Shown piece by piece: positions 29,530 to 39,549 of a DNA stretch of 64,000 nt; position 1 is the first letter of the stretch; every line of letters begins with the position of its first letter. The translations under genes and the position numbers were made by a program. Where the stretch lies: positions 64,001-128,000 of the IMG/VR virus record IMGVR_UViG_3300020473_000020. One strand, 5' to 3'. The notes beneath the pieces were generated by a model. The model saw nothing but the letters and a program-made list of their open reading frames with translations. It did not search any database and was not told where the DNA came from. The DNA comes from a virus.

Positions 29530-29826
29530 ATGAAAGACTTTTCACCGATCACCATCCCAAATTTTACGGGAATGGGAAGTATTAGTAATGACGGGCAGAA
29601 TGGTGCCCCATACGAATTGATGCTCGTCATCAAGAACCCAATTACTGGGCAGCTTGAAGAGGCTCAGTATTCACTCAGGTTGAGTAAAGTCGACGCCTTT
29701 GTCCGTTGGTCATTGAAGTGGTTTGGCTGGCCGCAGGGTTATGTCGAGCCACAGAAATTCGTTGTACAAGAGTTGTGTGTAACTCAAGACAGCATCGACG
29801 CAGCGAAAGACACGGCTGCTTCTTAA
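29530..29826 (+). CDS. Hypothetical protein
   Basis: Closely follows repA. Confidence 0.6.
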   Translation: MKDFSPITIPNFTGMGSISNDGQNGAPYELMLVIKNPITGQLEEAQYSLRLSKVDAFVRWSLKWFGWPQGYVEPQKFVVQELCVTQDSIDAAKDTAAS

Positions 29827-29860
29827 AGTATTAACTGAACATTAAACAGGAGATTTTGAA

Positions 29861-30178
29861 ATGAGCAAAGTTATTGCTTGTACTGATGAAACGCTAAAGA
29901 CTGAGTCGAGTGAGGGCTTAGTGCTGATCGACTTCATGGCCGACTGGTGTAACCCATGCCAGCAACTTATGCCAATTCTTGATGAGGTGGCACAGGAGCA
30001 CGACGGTCAAGCTAAGATTGTTAAAGTTAACGTTGACCAATCACCAGCTTCTACAAAGGAGTACGGTGTCAGAGGTATTCCCGCACTGTTTATTGTCAAA
30101 AACGGTGAAATAGTGCAGCGCCTAGTGGGGCTACAAACAAAAGATGCGCTTACAAAAGCACTTAATAGTCACGCGTAA
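29861..30178 (+). CDS. trxA: Thioredoxin
   Basis: LIDFMADWCNPC, KVNVD, YGVRGIPAL; strong AGGAG RBS. Confidence 0.95.
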   Translation: MSKVIACTDETLKTESSEGLVLIDFMADWCNPCQQLMPILDEVAQEHDGQAKIVKVNVDQSPASTKEYGVRGIPALFIVKNGEIVQRLVGLQTKDALTKALNSHA

Positions 30179-30205
30179 ACACGCGAGCGACGCGTAAGCG
30201 CTTGC

Positions 30206-30799
30206 TTACGCGTTTTTTGTAAATGTCATTTGTTCTTCGGCTTTTACTGAGTATAGACGTGCAGCCTTCTCAGTTAACTCAGCCTTCTCAAAGATTGCAT
30301 CTAGTAACGGTATTAAGTGCTGTGATTTCATGTCATCGTCTAGACCAAGCATAAGGTCGAATAAACCACCTTCATTTACGAGCTTAGTCTCAACCTCACC
30401 GAGCAATTGAATTAGTAAGGTAGAGATCTTTACCTTTGGTAGTAGGCGCTTAACGTCTACTTCTTCGAGATTAGCTGTTGTCGTACCTGCGTCAAATTTA
30501 CCACCCTGAGCTTTAACGCTCGGTGTAATCGCAAGTGCAATCTGCTCTAGACGTGTATCTATTTTATTTTTTTCTTGAATGAGTCGTCCCGCTGCTTCTA
30601 CAACGTTAGTAAGCTGACTGTTGCTAGCCACTTCCGTTTGATTTTCAGCAGAATCTTTGATTGATGTGCCAAGGATCTTTGCAAACCTATTTGCAGAACT
30701 TGTACGAGTCTCAATGCTCGTCGATGTCGCGTTGTCTACTAAAGCGTTAACCATGGTATTGTTCTCTTTTTCATGTGCATCGCTTGTAACCACGTGCAC
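30206..30799 (-). CDS. Hypothetical protein (start possibly at MVNAL)
   Basis: 197-aa ORF convergent with trxA. Confidence 0.65.
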   Translation of the reverse strand: MHVVTSDAHEKENNTMVNALVDNATSTSIETRTSSANRFAKILGTSIKDSAENQTEVASNSQLTNVVEAAGRLIQEKNKIDTRLEQIALAITPSVKAQGGKFDAGTTTANLEEVDVKRLLPKVKISTLLIQLLGEVETKLVNEGGLFDLMLGLDDDMKSQHLIPLLDAIFEKAELTEKAARLYSVKAEEQMTFTKNA

Positions 30800-31641
30800 C
30801 TCTTTAATAATCCGACAGAACCCATAAGGCGCTGTCCCATGAAAGTAATCCTAATGTCAAGTATAGTAAAACTTTATTATAGTCATATCCCTTATATACC
30901 GATTCAGAGTTTTTCAAGGAAGCTTTTTGTGAGTCTTAACACATTATTTACTTCTTTGGGATTTTTATGTCTCCGCTACCGATATGCGCACTTTACTTAA
31001 TACATTAATAAAGTGCAACCCCTATTACACAGTGCCACAGGGGATTAGCGCAGATTTTAGGCCATAAAACCACGTAGGTTTGTAACAAAGTTGCGTAATA
31101 TTAGAAACAGCTAATATGTCTGCGAACCCACGCATGGCGCACCCTAGAGAGGTTATTCGTTGTACAACAACTCGCTCACATTTTAAGCAAATATTTCCAT
31201 GAAAATATTTATAAAAAATATTTATTTTTTGTAATGCGTAGAACGCTAAGTCCTACTTAACTAGCCATTTAACCTATGTGCAGTAAGGGTTTTACCTTAA
31301 CCTAGGCTGACTAGCTCGCAAACAAAAATGTTGTTATTTTGTCGACGGGGTACATGAGCACGCTGCACATTAAATAGGCAAATCATTGTACAACGTTGTT
31401 GAGCTAGATGGGACGCTAAACTGATGCGTGAGCAGAGTATGGCACCCTTGGGTACTCGTGATTAACAATTAGCTAACACTGTGCTATTTAATGCAACTTT
31501 AGTTAGCAATTATCGCAACAAGCATATCACCTTGCATTTTTCTACTATACGCGTATTCTAGTCGCCCTATATTTTGCTGCAAGTTACTGTGCGGCAGTTA
31601 TATTGCTTAAAACGATACTAAAGATACTAAATAGGATTAAC

Positions 31642-32604
31642 ATGACCGATCTTCATAAAGAACTTCGACCGTCAAAGCTAGCCGAAGTCATCGGACAAGA
31701 CGCTGTCGCTACGTCGTTACAAAAATTAAAAGCAGAGAACCGTCTGCCGCACCTTTTCTTATTCACGGGCGGGTCAGGCATTGGTAAGACTACGTTTGCC
31801 CGTATTATTGGTAGTGAGCTTTTGGGTGTCACACCTAACAACCTTATTGAGGTCGATGCCGCCAGTAATTCAAAGGTTGAAGACGTTCGCGCATTGATGG
31901 CACAAGTCAAGAAGCGTGGTCTCGTTAAAGGCCAGAAAAAGATGGTTATTATAGATGAGTGTCACCGCCTTTCAGGTAATGCGTGGGATGCACTGCTAAA
32001 AGATACCGAAGAGCCGCCAGAGCATCTATACATCGCCCTTTGTACAACGGAAGTAGGCAAAGTACCAAAGACCATCAAGACCCGTGCGACAGATTACCAT
32101 TTAAAAGACCTGTCTATCGACGACCTTATCGACGTAGGTGAGCTAGCTAATAGTCGTTTGGAAGCTGATTTGGACGAAAAGGTGCTCACTCGCCTTGCTA
32201 GAAAAGCCGAAGGTTCAGCACGTAACATGCTAACCCTTGTTGGTAAAGCCTCGACGGTGGAGAGTCGCGATGACCTGACAGACCTTCTTGAGGATGGTGC
32301 TGTGGCAAAACCAGAGTTCATAAAGCCAATGCGCTATCTCTGTACTAGCAGGTCTCCCACGTTTAAAGGGGCTATGGAGCTTATCGTACCTCTTGTACAA
32401 GATGGGAACACGTCTGAATCAATCCGTTTGGCAACGATTAACTACGCAGCTAAAATGCTTAGAGGGTCAAAGACCTATTCAAGTGAGGGTAAGTCGGGTC
32501 AGTTACTCGCCTTAATCGACGCGTTCGGCGTACCAATGGTAGGTGTCGATGGCGAAGCTTTGTTGTACAAGGCTGTTGCTGATTTCGTCTATTCGGCTGA
32601 ATAG
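31642..32604 (+). CDS. dnaX: Clamp loader ATPase, DnaX gamma/tau-like
   Basis: RPSKLAEVIGQ, LFTGGSGIGKTTFAR, EVDAASN, IIDECHRLS..AWDALLKDTEEPP, CTTE, AEGSARN. Confidence 0.9.
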   Translation: MTDLHKELRPSKLAEVIGQDAVATSLQKLKAENRLPHLFLFTGGSGIGKTTFARIIGSELLGVTPNNLIEVDAASNSKVEDVRALMAQVKKRGLVKGQKKMVIIDECHRLSGNAWDALLKDTEEPPEHLYIALCTTEVGKVPKTIKTRATDYHLKDLSIDDLIDVGELANSRLEADLDEKVLTRLARKAEGSARNMLTLVGKASTVESRDDLTDLLEDGAVAKPEFIKPMRYLCTSRSPTFKGAMELIVPLVQDGNTSESIRLATINYAAKMLRGSKTYSSEGKSGQLLALIDAFGVPMVGVDGEALLYKAVADFVYSAE

Positions 32605-32794
32605 TAGGCACTTAGGCGCAATTCGTTGATTTTTACTTAAAAATAACTTGCTACAAATCACGGACTGCGCTACATTTCTGTGGCTGCTCATATAGAGCAC
32701 CGAATCGAGACTCGTATCATAACCGAACACTGTATGATACACCCATTGTTAAGTACGTAGGCCAGATTTTGCCTGACGTGTATGAGGACATGAC

Positions 32795-33547
32795 GTGAAA
32801 CTTTCTGAGATATTCGACAAGTACGACATTGACGCCTTTAGGGAGTCATTAAAAGTCGATAAGCATAATCTTGACGCAATGTTGATGGAGCAGCCTATGC
32901 TACAGCAACACGTTTCAGAAATGGCAGCCGAAGTTAGCTCAATGCGCGATTCAGCAAAAGAACGCCTCTCACGTGTAGATGCGCAAGTCGCTAAGAAGCT
33001 CCGCAATCAGCTTATGATTGAAGAGGGCAAAGTTTCTGAGGCGCGTATAGACCGTGAGGTACCACTTACCAAAGAGCACAAAGAAGCATTCTTTATTTAC
33101 AATGAGCTGGTAGCACTTTCAACAAAGTGGGACGCTCTAAAAGATACCTTCCGTAATCGTGCTTTTGTCATCCGCGACTTTGTAAGCCTGTATACTGCGA
33201 ACTACTTCACAGACACAAGCTTTCGTTCAGCCTCTAACCCTGCATCCGTTAAAAACTTTGAGCATAGCTATGTTCGAAGCGCTATGGCCGATGGTCGTAA
33301 AGCTCGTAACCAACTATCAGGTATCGAGAATGAGGTTGAGCTACTTGCCGACGTGGATGACCAATCGAAAGACTCTTCAACTAAGCCCGCGAAGTCACGC
33401 GCTGCCGCAAGTAATGCTAGTAACTCATCATCTTCATCTTCATCAGAAGATGATAGCCCACGAGCACGTGCACGCAGAAGGCGCGCTAATCGTAGTGGTC
33501 GAAGAGTGACTGAGGCTTTGGGTAGCAATGGTGCAGAGTCGGAGTAA
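32795..33547 (+). CDS. Putative recombination mediator (UvsY-like) with a low-complexity tail
   Basis: Helical protein directly upstream of SSB and RecA; call rests mainly on gene context. Confidence 0.5.
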   Translation: MKLSEIFDKYDIDAFRESLKVDKHNLDAMLMEQPMLQQHVSEMAAEVSSMRDSAKERLSRVDAQVAKKLRNQLMIEEGKVSEARIDREVPLTKEHKEAFFIYNELVALSTKWDALKDTFRNRAFVIRDFVSLYTANYFTDTSFRSASNPASVKNFEHSYVRSAMADGRKARNQLSGIENEVELLADVDDQSKDSSTKPAKSRAAASNASNSSSSSSSEDDSPRARARRRRANRSGRRVTEALGSNGAESE

Positions 33548-33638
33548 GGTGCCTACTTGTACCAGCCAGAAAATAGATAGGTGACACGCCCGAAACGACG
33601 TGGACGCCGCCCAATTGATACTAAAGAGAATTTTAAAG

Positions 33639-34841
33639 ATGTCTAAAGACCGCAAATTTAAGTATAAGCGCCGTGGTGCTGATAACGTTAAGAAACGTAT
33701 GAACCAATCTGCAACTAATCGTGATGGTTTCATCAACGAAGATGTAGATCTATATAAAGTGAAAGACGGCGATAACTTGCTTCGTATTCTTCCACCTACG
33801 TTTAATAACCTTAACGGTACAGAAGCCGAGCATTATGGCCTTGACGTATTTGTTCACTACGATGTGGGTACTGATGGTAGCTCATTCTTATGCCTTGAGC
33901 AAAACTACAATGAACCTTGCCCAATCTGTCAGGCGCGTATTGAGGCTGAATCAGAAGGTGACAAAGACCTAGCTGATAAGCTTAAAGCTCGTAAACGCGT
34001 ACTAATGTACGTAGTAGACCGTGACGCTGAGGACGCAGGTCCTATGGTGTGGTCAGCACCTTGGACTGTCGACAAAGATCTGTCTATGCGTTCTTTCGAT
34101 AAGCGCTCGGGTGACATCTTCTACCCTGATGACCCAGAAGAAGGTTACGACATCGAATTTGCCCGTACTGGTAAAGGCCGAAACACTAAGTATGAAGGTG
34201 TACAGCTTTCACGCCGTGCCTCACCATTGAGCGAAGACGAAGACCAGATGGACGAGTGGCTAGAAAAGATCGAGGACTCACCTCTAGATCAGCTTCTAAT
34301 TAAGCCAGAAGCCGAGCACATGGAGCGTATTTTTAACGCTGGTATGGGCATGGCTGGTGCTGGTAAAGACGAAGACGAAGATGAAAAGCCATCACGTAGC
34401 CGTCGCTCACGTCGCGATGACGACGAAGATGAAAAGCCATCACGTAGCCGTCGTTCACGTCGCGATGAAGACGAAGACGAAGACGAAAAGCCATCACGTA
34501 GCCGTCGTTCACGTCGTGATGAAGACGAAGACGAAGATGAAAAGCCATCACGTAGCCGTCGTTCACGTCGTGATGAAGACGAAGACGAAGACGAAGACGA
34601 AGGTGGTTCGAATGACTCTTCGGAAGAAAAAGACATCAACGACCTAACCTATGACGAAGTGTTTGGGATGGATCGCGATGAGCTTGAGTCAGTAATTGAT
34701 GAAGGCCAATTAGACATCCCTGATTTCGAAGATTTGGACGATGACGAGCTAGCTGGCGAAGTTTGTGCAGAGCTTGGCCTTAAAAAGCCACGTAAGCGTA
34801 ACAGCGCTGTTCGCGACAAGCTTAACGAAATGCGTGACTAA
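33639..34841 (+). CDS. Single-stranded DNA-binding protein (T4 gp32-like)
   Basis: GDNLLRILPP, FVHY..C...CPIC zinc-site residues, DPEEGYDIEF.RTG..TKY; acidic tail; upstream of RecA. Confidence 0.8.
   Translation: MSKDRKFKYKRRGADNVKKRMNQSATNRDGFINEDVDLYKVKDGDNLLRILPPTFNNLNGTEAEHYGLDVFVHYDVGTDGSSFLCLEQNYNEPCPICQARIEAESEGDKDLADKLKARKRVLMYVVDRDAEDAGPMVWSAPWTVDKDLSMRSFDKRSGDIFYPDDPEEGYDIEFARTGKGRNTKYEGVQLSRRASPLSEDEDQMDEWLEKIEDSPLDQLLIKPEAEHMERIFNAGMGMAGAGKDEDEDEKPSRSRRSRRDDDEDEKPSRSRRSRRDEDEDEDEKPSRSRRSRRDEDEDEDEKPSRSRRSRRDEDEDEDEDEGGSNDSSEEKDINDLTYDEVFGMDRDELESVIDEGQLDIPDFEDLDDDELAGEVCAELGLKKPRKRNSAVRDKLNEMRD
34368..34601 (+). repeat. Four tandem (DE)nKPSRSRRSRRD units in the SSB tail
   Basis: GAAAAGCCATCACGTAGCCGTCG at 34383, 34431, 34485 and 34539. 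Confidence 0.9.
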
Positions 34842-34863
34842 TCACTGAATTAGTCATAAAGGC

Positions 34864-34897
34864 AAGGCCGCTACCGTACGTCGGTGCGGCCTTTTTT
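34864..34897 (+). terminator. Terminator/hairpin between SSB and RecA
   Basis: AAGGCCGC..GCGGCCTT plus T-run. Confidence 0.65.
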
Positions 34898-34928
34898 ATC
34901 TATACCTATTTTTAGTCAGGGTAGTTCC

Positions 34929-36095
34929 ATGTCACAAACAGAAAAGAAAGCCAGCACGCCGAGTGCAGGCAGCCGTCTTAAACGTAAAACCGCAGCAGAT
35001 AAAGCAGCTGATGCTGCGACAGAAGAAGCAAAAGTAGCCGATGCCGCGCAAGACGCCGAGGTAACTAGCTCGTACTTTACTTCGGACAAAAGTAATATCG
35101 ACTTTATCCCTTCGGGTTCAACAACACTTGACGAAGTACTAGGCGGTGGCTGGGCAGTCGGCCGTATCGCTAACGTTGTAGGCGACCGTTCGGCTGGTAA
35201 AACACTTGTAGCTACAGAAGCAGCTGCAAACTTCCATGAGCTATGGCCAGATGAGCCTATTTATTATTTAGAGGCCGAGGCGGCGTTCGATGCTGAATAT
35301 GCAGCCGCAATGGGGATGCCTGTGGAGGCTGTGACCTTCGTTGAAATGTTTGATGACGAAGGTAATGCCGACAACACGGTTGAGTTCCTTTTTGAGCACT
35401 TGCAAGAGCTTATTAAGGCACGTACGAGTGGTGCTGCGAAGTTTAACAAGTGTCTTTACGTTGTTGACTCGCTTGATGCCTTATCTGACCGTGCTGAGAA
35501 GGAACGCGATAACAACCAAGGCTCTTACGGGATGGGCAAGCAGAAGAAGATGTCTGAAATGTTCCGCCGTATTGTAGCTGAGCTTGAAAAGGCGGGTATT
35601 ACACTTCTTGTTATCAGTCAGATCCGTGAAAAGATTGGCGTTACATTTGGTGAGAAGTACACACGTTCAGGTGGTAAAGCACTAGACTTCTACTGCTCTC
35701 AAATTGTTTGGCTTGCAGAAATTGGTAAAATCAAGCGTACAGTGCGTCGCCAAGAACGTGTAGCTGGTGTTAAAGTTAAAGCTAAGTGTAAGAAGAACAA
35801 GGTTGCGTTACCTTTCCGCGAGTGTGAGTACTCTATTGAGTTTGGCTACGGCATTGACAACACAACATCTTGTTTAGAGTTCCTAAAGTCAATTGATGCA
35901 CTAGGTGAACTCAAAACGATAGAAGTAAAAAAGACTGCGATAGCTAATGCGGTTAAAAAGATTAAGCGCATGGATGATGAAGAACATTTCAAAGTTATGG
36001 ATGAGGTTACGGCTCTAGTTAAGAAGAGCTGGCGTGAGATCGACGACTCATTTTTGCCTGAGCGCAGTAAATATGGACGCAAGCGTCTAAAGTAA
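34929..36095 (+). CDS. recA: RecA/UvsX recombinase
   Basis: PSGSTTLDEVLGGG..GRI..VGDRSAGKT, VVDSLDAL, ISQIREKIGVTFG, SGGKALDFY, KKNKV..PFRECE. Confidence 0.93.
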   Translation: MSQTEKKASTPSAGSRLKRKTAADKAADAATEEAKVADAAQDAEVTSSYFTSDKSNIDFIPSGSTTLDEVLGGGWAVGRIANVVGDRSAGKTLVATEAAANFHELWPDEPIYYLEAEAAFDAEYAAAMGMPVEAVTFVEMFDDEGNADNTVEFLFEHLQELIKARTSGAAKFNKCLYVVDSLDALSDRAEKERDNNQGSYGMGKQKKMSEMFRRIVAELEKAGITLLVISQIREKIGVTFGEKYTRSGGKALDFYCSQIVWLAEIGKIKRTVRRQERVAGVKVKAKCKKNKVALPFRECEYSIEFGYGIDNTTSCLEFLKSIDALGELKTIEVKKTAIANAVKKIKRMDDEEHFKVMDEVTALVKKSWREIDDSFLPERSKYGRKRLK

Positions 36096-36135
36096 GTATT
36101 GTACAAGGGTCGCCATAGGGCGGCCTTTTCCGTTT

Positions 36136-36420
36136 TTGGAGAACTTAATTGTGACTAATGAAATGCAACAAGAGCAGCACATCCATAAGGTGCTGAAAAG
36201 CTTGTCTGAGGGCGACCCTGTAGACCTTGTTAAGGGTATTGTGATTGGCTACGACGCAAATGGCAACTTACGCTTTTATAACGCAGATATGACAACCGAA
36301 GAGCTTGTCGTGGCTTGTGAACTTACTAAAGCAAAGGCACTGGGTTTACTATCTGCCAGTGAAGTGCCCGCAGCTGTAGCTCGTAATATGGCAGCTCAAC
36401 AAGCTAAAGAAAAAGAGTAA
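36136..36420 (+). CDS. Hypothetical protein
   Basis: ORF between recA and ruvC. Confidence 0.6.
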   Translation: MENLIVTNEMQQEQHIHKVLKSLSEGDPVDLVKGIVIGYDANGNLRFYNADMTTEELVVACELTKAKALGLLSASEVPAAVARNMAAQQAKEKE

Positions 36421-36427
36421 TCGAGAC

Positions 36428-36991
36428 ATGAGTAGAACAATAAAAGTACTGGGTATTGACCCATCAATGAGCAACTTTGGATTCGTACTTGCGGACGTCG
36501 ACCCCGTTACGGGCGAGATCGTGGGTACGCCTTACTTGAGCCTTGTTCAGACAGCCCCAACGAAAGACAAAAAGACTATCCGAAAGTCTAGTGACGACCT
36601 TCGCCGTTGCCGTGAGCTTTACACACCATTGAGTGCGCTGGTTGATCAGGCCGATATTGTGTGTTCTGAAATGCCACTAGGTAGTCAGAATGCGTCAGCT
36701 ATGAAGTCTGTGGGGATTTGTATGGGTCTACTAAGCACAATAGATAAGCCTTTCATTCAGGTTATGCCAGAAGAAGTGAAACTAGCGGCCGTAGGAACAA
36801 AGACTGCGACTAAAGCTGAAATGATTGATTGGGCTTATGCGCGCCACCCCGATGCGAATTGGCTGCGGAAAACTAAGAAACCTGACTCACCTTTGACTGC
36901 GAAGAACGAGCATATAGCCGATGCTGTTGCTGTGATTGCAGCCTCGGTTAAGACAGATAGCTTTAAGCTTATGGCTGTCGGGTTCAAGTAA
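36428..36991 (+). CDS. ruvC: RuvC-like Holliday junction resolvase
   Basis: VLGIDPS...G, VCSE, PEEVKLAAVG..TATKAEMI, HIADAVAV. Confidence 0.88.
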   Translation: MSRTIKVLGIDPSMSNFGFVLADVDPVTGEIVGTPYLSLVQTAPTKDKKTIRKSSDDLRRCRELYTPLSALVDQADIVCSEMPLGSQNASAMKSVGICMGLLSTIDKPFIQVMPEEVKLAAVGTKTATKAEMIDWAYARHPDANWLRKTKKPDSPLTAKNEHIADAVAVIAASVKTDSFKLMAVGFK

Positions 36992-37007
36992 CCATATTGG
37001 TTAGCTA

Positions 37008-37031
37008 GAAGGGAGCGCAGTGCTCCCTTTT
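37008..37031 (+). terminator. Terminator
   Basis: AAGGGAGC/GCTCCCTT stem plus T-run. Confidence 0.65.
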
Positions 37032-37059
37032 CGTTATTGGCACTGATGAATGAGGAACA

Positions 37060-37446
37060 GTGATGATAGATTTAACGACACTAAGGATGCAGGTAAGCGG
37101 TTGGTTAGCCTACCGTAGAAGACAATTTGGCTTCTTCTTAATTAAGCTGGGCATCAGCTTATCTTTCTATAAGAAAGACCCCTACAGCCGTGAGGGTGGT
37201 TCGGTACTCGACGATGACGTACTAAATGCGCTCAAAGATGAGGCAAATCGTAGTACGTTACTAGGGTCGCAGATAGAGACGGGCAATCATGCCCATGGCA
37301 TTGTACAACCTATTTCGAATTATACAGCTGTGAGTATCGCATGTTCGTTACAAAATTTGGCAGATGCCATGCAAAAGACGGAAAACGAGCGCGTAACGGA
37401 AGATGACGAGCTATACAAGGGCTATGCTGAGAGGTGGAAGCACTAA
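37060..37446 (+). CDS. Hypothetical protein
   Basis: GAGGA RBS; 128 aa. Confidence 0.6.
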   Translation: MMIDLTTLRMQVSGWLAYRRRQFGFFLIKLGISLSFYKKDPYSREGGSVLDDDVLNALKDEANRSTLLGSQIETGNHAHGIVQPISNYTAVSIACSLQNLADAMQKTENERVTEDDELYKGYAERWKH

Positions 37447-37479
37447 CGTAGTACAACGTTTCCAACAGAGCCAAACAGC

Positions 37480-37508
37480 TTGCAGCTCAACCCAATACGG
37501 CGTATGCT
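37480..37508 (+). promoter_or_regulatory. Sigma70-like promoter upstream of sbcD
   Basis: TTGCAG-17 bp-TATGCT. Confidence 0.55.
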
Positions 37509-37568
37509 ATGCGGGTTTATATTAATTGAGACTAAGGCTGTATGACAGCCATTGTAAAGGGCACATAA

Positions 37569-38603
37569 ATGGCATCATTACTACTTGCCGACCTGCACCT
37601 TACGGATAAAGCTAAAGACGAATATCGTTGGGCAATTTTTCCGTGGCTGAAAGAGCAGGTCAAAGCACATAATATCACTACAATTTACTTTTTAGGCGAT
37701 GTGACCGACGTTAAAGACCGCCATAACTCTAAGTTTACAAATCGTATGGTTAACGAGCTAACTGACCTATCGCTTGAGGTCGAGAACTTGATTATTACGA
37801 TGGGTAACCATGATTACTTAGACCCAACAGCACCGTTCTTTGGTTTCTTAGATGGTATTGCGAACATCACCTACGTTTCAGAAGCTATGGAGCATTACGA
37901 TGCTGAGCTGGGTAAGTTGCTTCTTCTCCCGCATAGCAGAACACCAGAAGCCGACTTCGGCCATTTCAACTTTGCAGAGTATGAAGCCGTTATGGTTCAT
38001 CAGAGCGTGATCGGAGCCGTGGCCTCAGAGTTTTATGAGATCTCTCATGGATTAAGTCACCACTTTTTTGATGATTCAAAAAAGACATGGGCGGGAGACA
38101 TACATTGTCCGCAAGTGCACGGTAAGTTAGAGTACATCGCTAGCCCATACCACGTACACTTCGGGGACTTATTTGTACCGCGTGTGGTCATGCTAGATGG
38201 TGACGCTACAAACGCATCGGGTGAGTTACACTTCCCATCGCCACAGCGTGTTACCCTAAGAATCAATAGCGTGGAAGACCTAGAAGACTATGCCTTAAAA
38301 GAAGGCGACCAAGTTAAGGTTCATTTGACGCTTATGCAAAGCGACGTACACATGTGGGCTACCTATAAGAAACGCATTAGAGAACATTGTACAAAGCACG
38401 GGTGGCAGTTTCATGGCTGTCAGCTGACTGTTGAAAAACTAGCTGTTTCCCAGAAGAATGAAGAAGGTGATGACAGCGTGCCTGTTGCGCAGAAGAAGGC
38501 CGTTGCTTCCCCAGAAGAAACTCTTATGCGCTTCGCTGAGACTCAGCAGATAGAGGGCGCACTCTTGGGTAAAGGCCAGAAATTGATGCAGGCCGTAGCC
38601 TAA
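37569..38603 (+). CDS. sbcD: SbcD/Mre11-like (gp47) nuclease subunit
   Basis: LADLHL, FLGDVTD, MGNHD, MVHQ, AGDIH, YIASPY..FGD. Confidence 0.9.
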   Translation: MASLLLADLHLTDKAKDEYRWAIFPWLKEQVKAHNITTIYFLGDVTDVKDRHNSKFTNRMVNELTDLSLEVENLIITMGNHDYLDPTAPFFGFLDGIANITYVSEAMEHYDAELGKLLLLPHSRTPEADFGHFNFAEYEAVMVHQSVIGAVASEFYEISHGLSHHFFDDSKKTWAGDIHCPQVHGKLEYIASPYHVHFGDLFVPRVVMLDGDATNASGELHFPSPQRVTLRINSVEDLEDYALKEGDQVKVHLTLMQSDVHMWATYKKRIREHCTKHGWQFHGCQLTVEKLAVSQKNEEGDDSVPVAQKKAVASPEETLMRFAETQQIEGALLGKGQKLMQAVA

Positions 38604-38606
38604 AGC

Positions 38607-38972
38607 ATGGAACAGAGTAAGGTCATAAAAAGGCTTGATTGGGAGCGCGCTGACCTCTGTGCAGAGTGTGGTGTATATCTTTCGGAGAATGCACTATATA
38701 CGCATTGGGATTCACTCTGCCCAAATTGTGGTGCAATCGACAACCTAGGCTGCCCTCACGTAACGACTTCACGTCGTTTCTGTGTCACGTATGAACCGAA
38801 TTTGTTTGCTCGCGTATTTAAACGCCGAGATACTGAGGGTTTTTACGAATGGAGTGGGAAGTCGACCGATGGTTCACAGCTAGGAGCTGTCTACTTTGGT
38901 AAGCATAAGCGAATACTAGCCAGTAATAGCACACTTATAGCGGCAACTGGCATTGCTTCTGGCCTTTTCTAG
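38607..38972 (+). CDS. Hypothetical zinc-ribbon protein
   Basis: CAEC...CPNC. Confidence 0.6.
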   Translation: MEQSKVIKRLDWERADLCAECGVYLSENALYTHWDSLCPNCGAIDNLGCPHVTTSRRFCVTYEPNLFARVFKRRDTEGFYEWSGKSTDGSQLGAVYFGKHKRILASNSTLIAATGIASGLF

Positions 38973-39220
38973 ATTAGTCATCTTGCCCTTTAATTGTACA
39001 AAACGGTCACATAAGTGGCCGTTTTTTCGTTAAGTAACTCAAAAGTCGACGCAGACCTTAAATAAAAACTTGCGTATACCCCTGCGGCGTTGCATAATTG
39101 GTGCGTCCTGCGGCTCCCATGGAGCGTAGGCATAGAATGAGACTTCTACAAGCTAATTGCCAACGCTTATCCCTCGGATTACTGATTTTTAATTGAGACG
39201 AGAGATACAGGAACAAAAAA

Positions 39221-39541
39221 ATGGCAGTTTCTAAAAAAGATTTAGCAGAGATCATTAAGGCAGACTTCGCCGAAGATGGTGTAAATATCTCTGCGGCTAA
39301 ATGCACCGACATGGTTAATACCGTACTTGGTGCTGTATGTGGCGCTTTAGCAAATGGTAACGACGTACGTGTGCAAAACTTTGGTACTCTAAAAGTTATT
39401 CGCCGTAACGCTCGAATTGGCCGTAACCCTTCAACGGGCGAAGCCGTTCCGATTGCACCACATTTAACAGTGAACTTCACACCAGCGGAAGTCTTGAAAG
39501 AAGACATTAACGCTAACAACGACGTTGCCAACTTTAATTAG
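39221..39541 (+). CDS. HU/IHF-like DNA-binding protein
   Basis: VRVQNFGTLKV..RNARIGRNPSTGEAVPI....VNFTPAEVLKE. Confidence 0.92.
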   Translation: MAVSKKDLAEIIKADFAEDGVNISAAKCTDMVNTVLGAVCGALANGNDVRVQNFGTLKVIRRNARIGRNPSTGEAVPIAPHLTVNFTPAEVLKEDINANNDVANFN

Positions 39542-39549
39542 GTACTAGC

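Noticed and set aside
30982-30992. dif/Xer site (ATATGCGCACT resembles a XerC arm)
   Set aside because: No XerD arm (TTATGTTAAAT-like) at 6-bp spacing.
34368-34601. CRISPR-like direct repeats
   Set aside because: In-frame coding repeats inside the SSB gene with (GAAGAC)n linkers rather than unique spacers.
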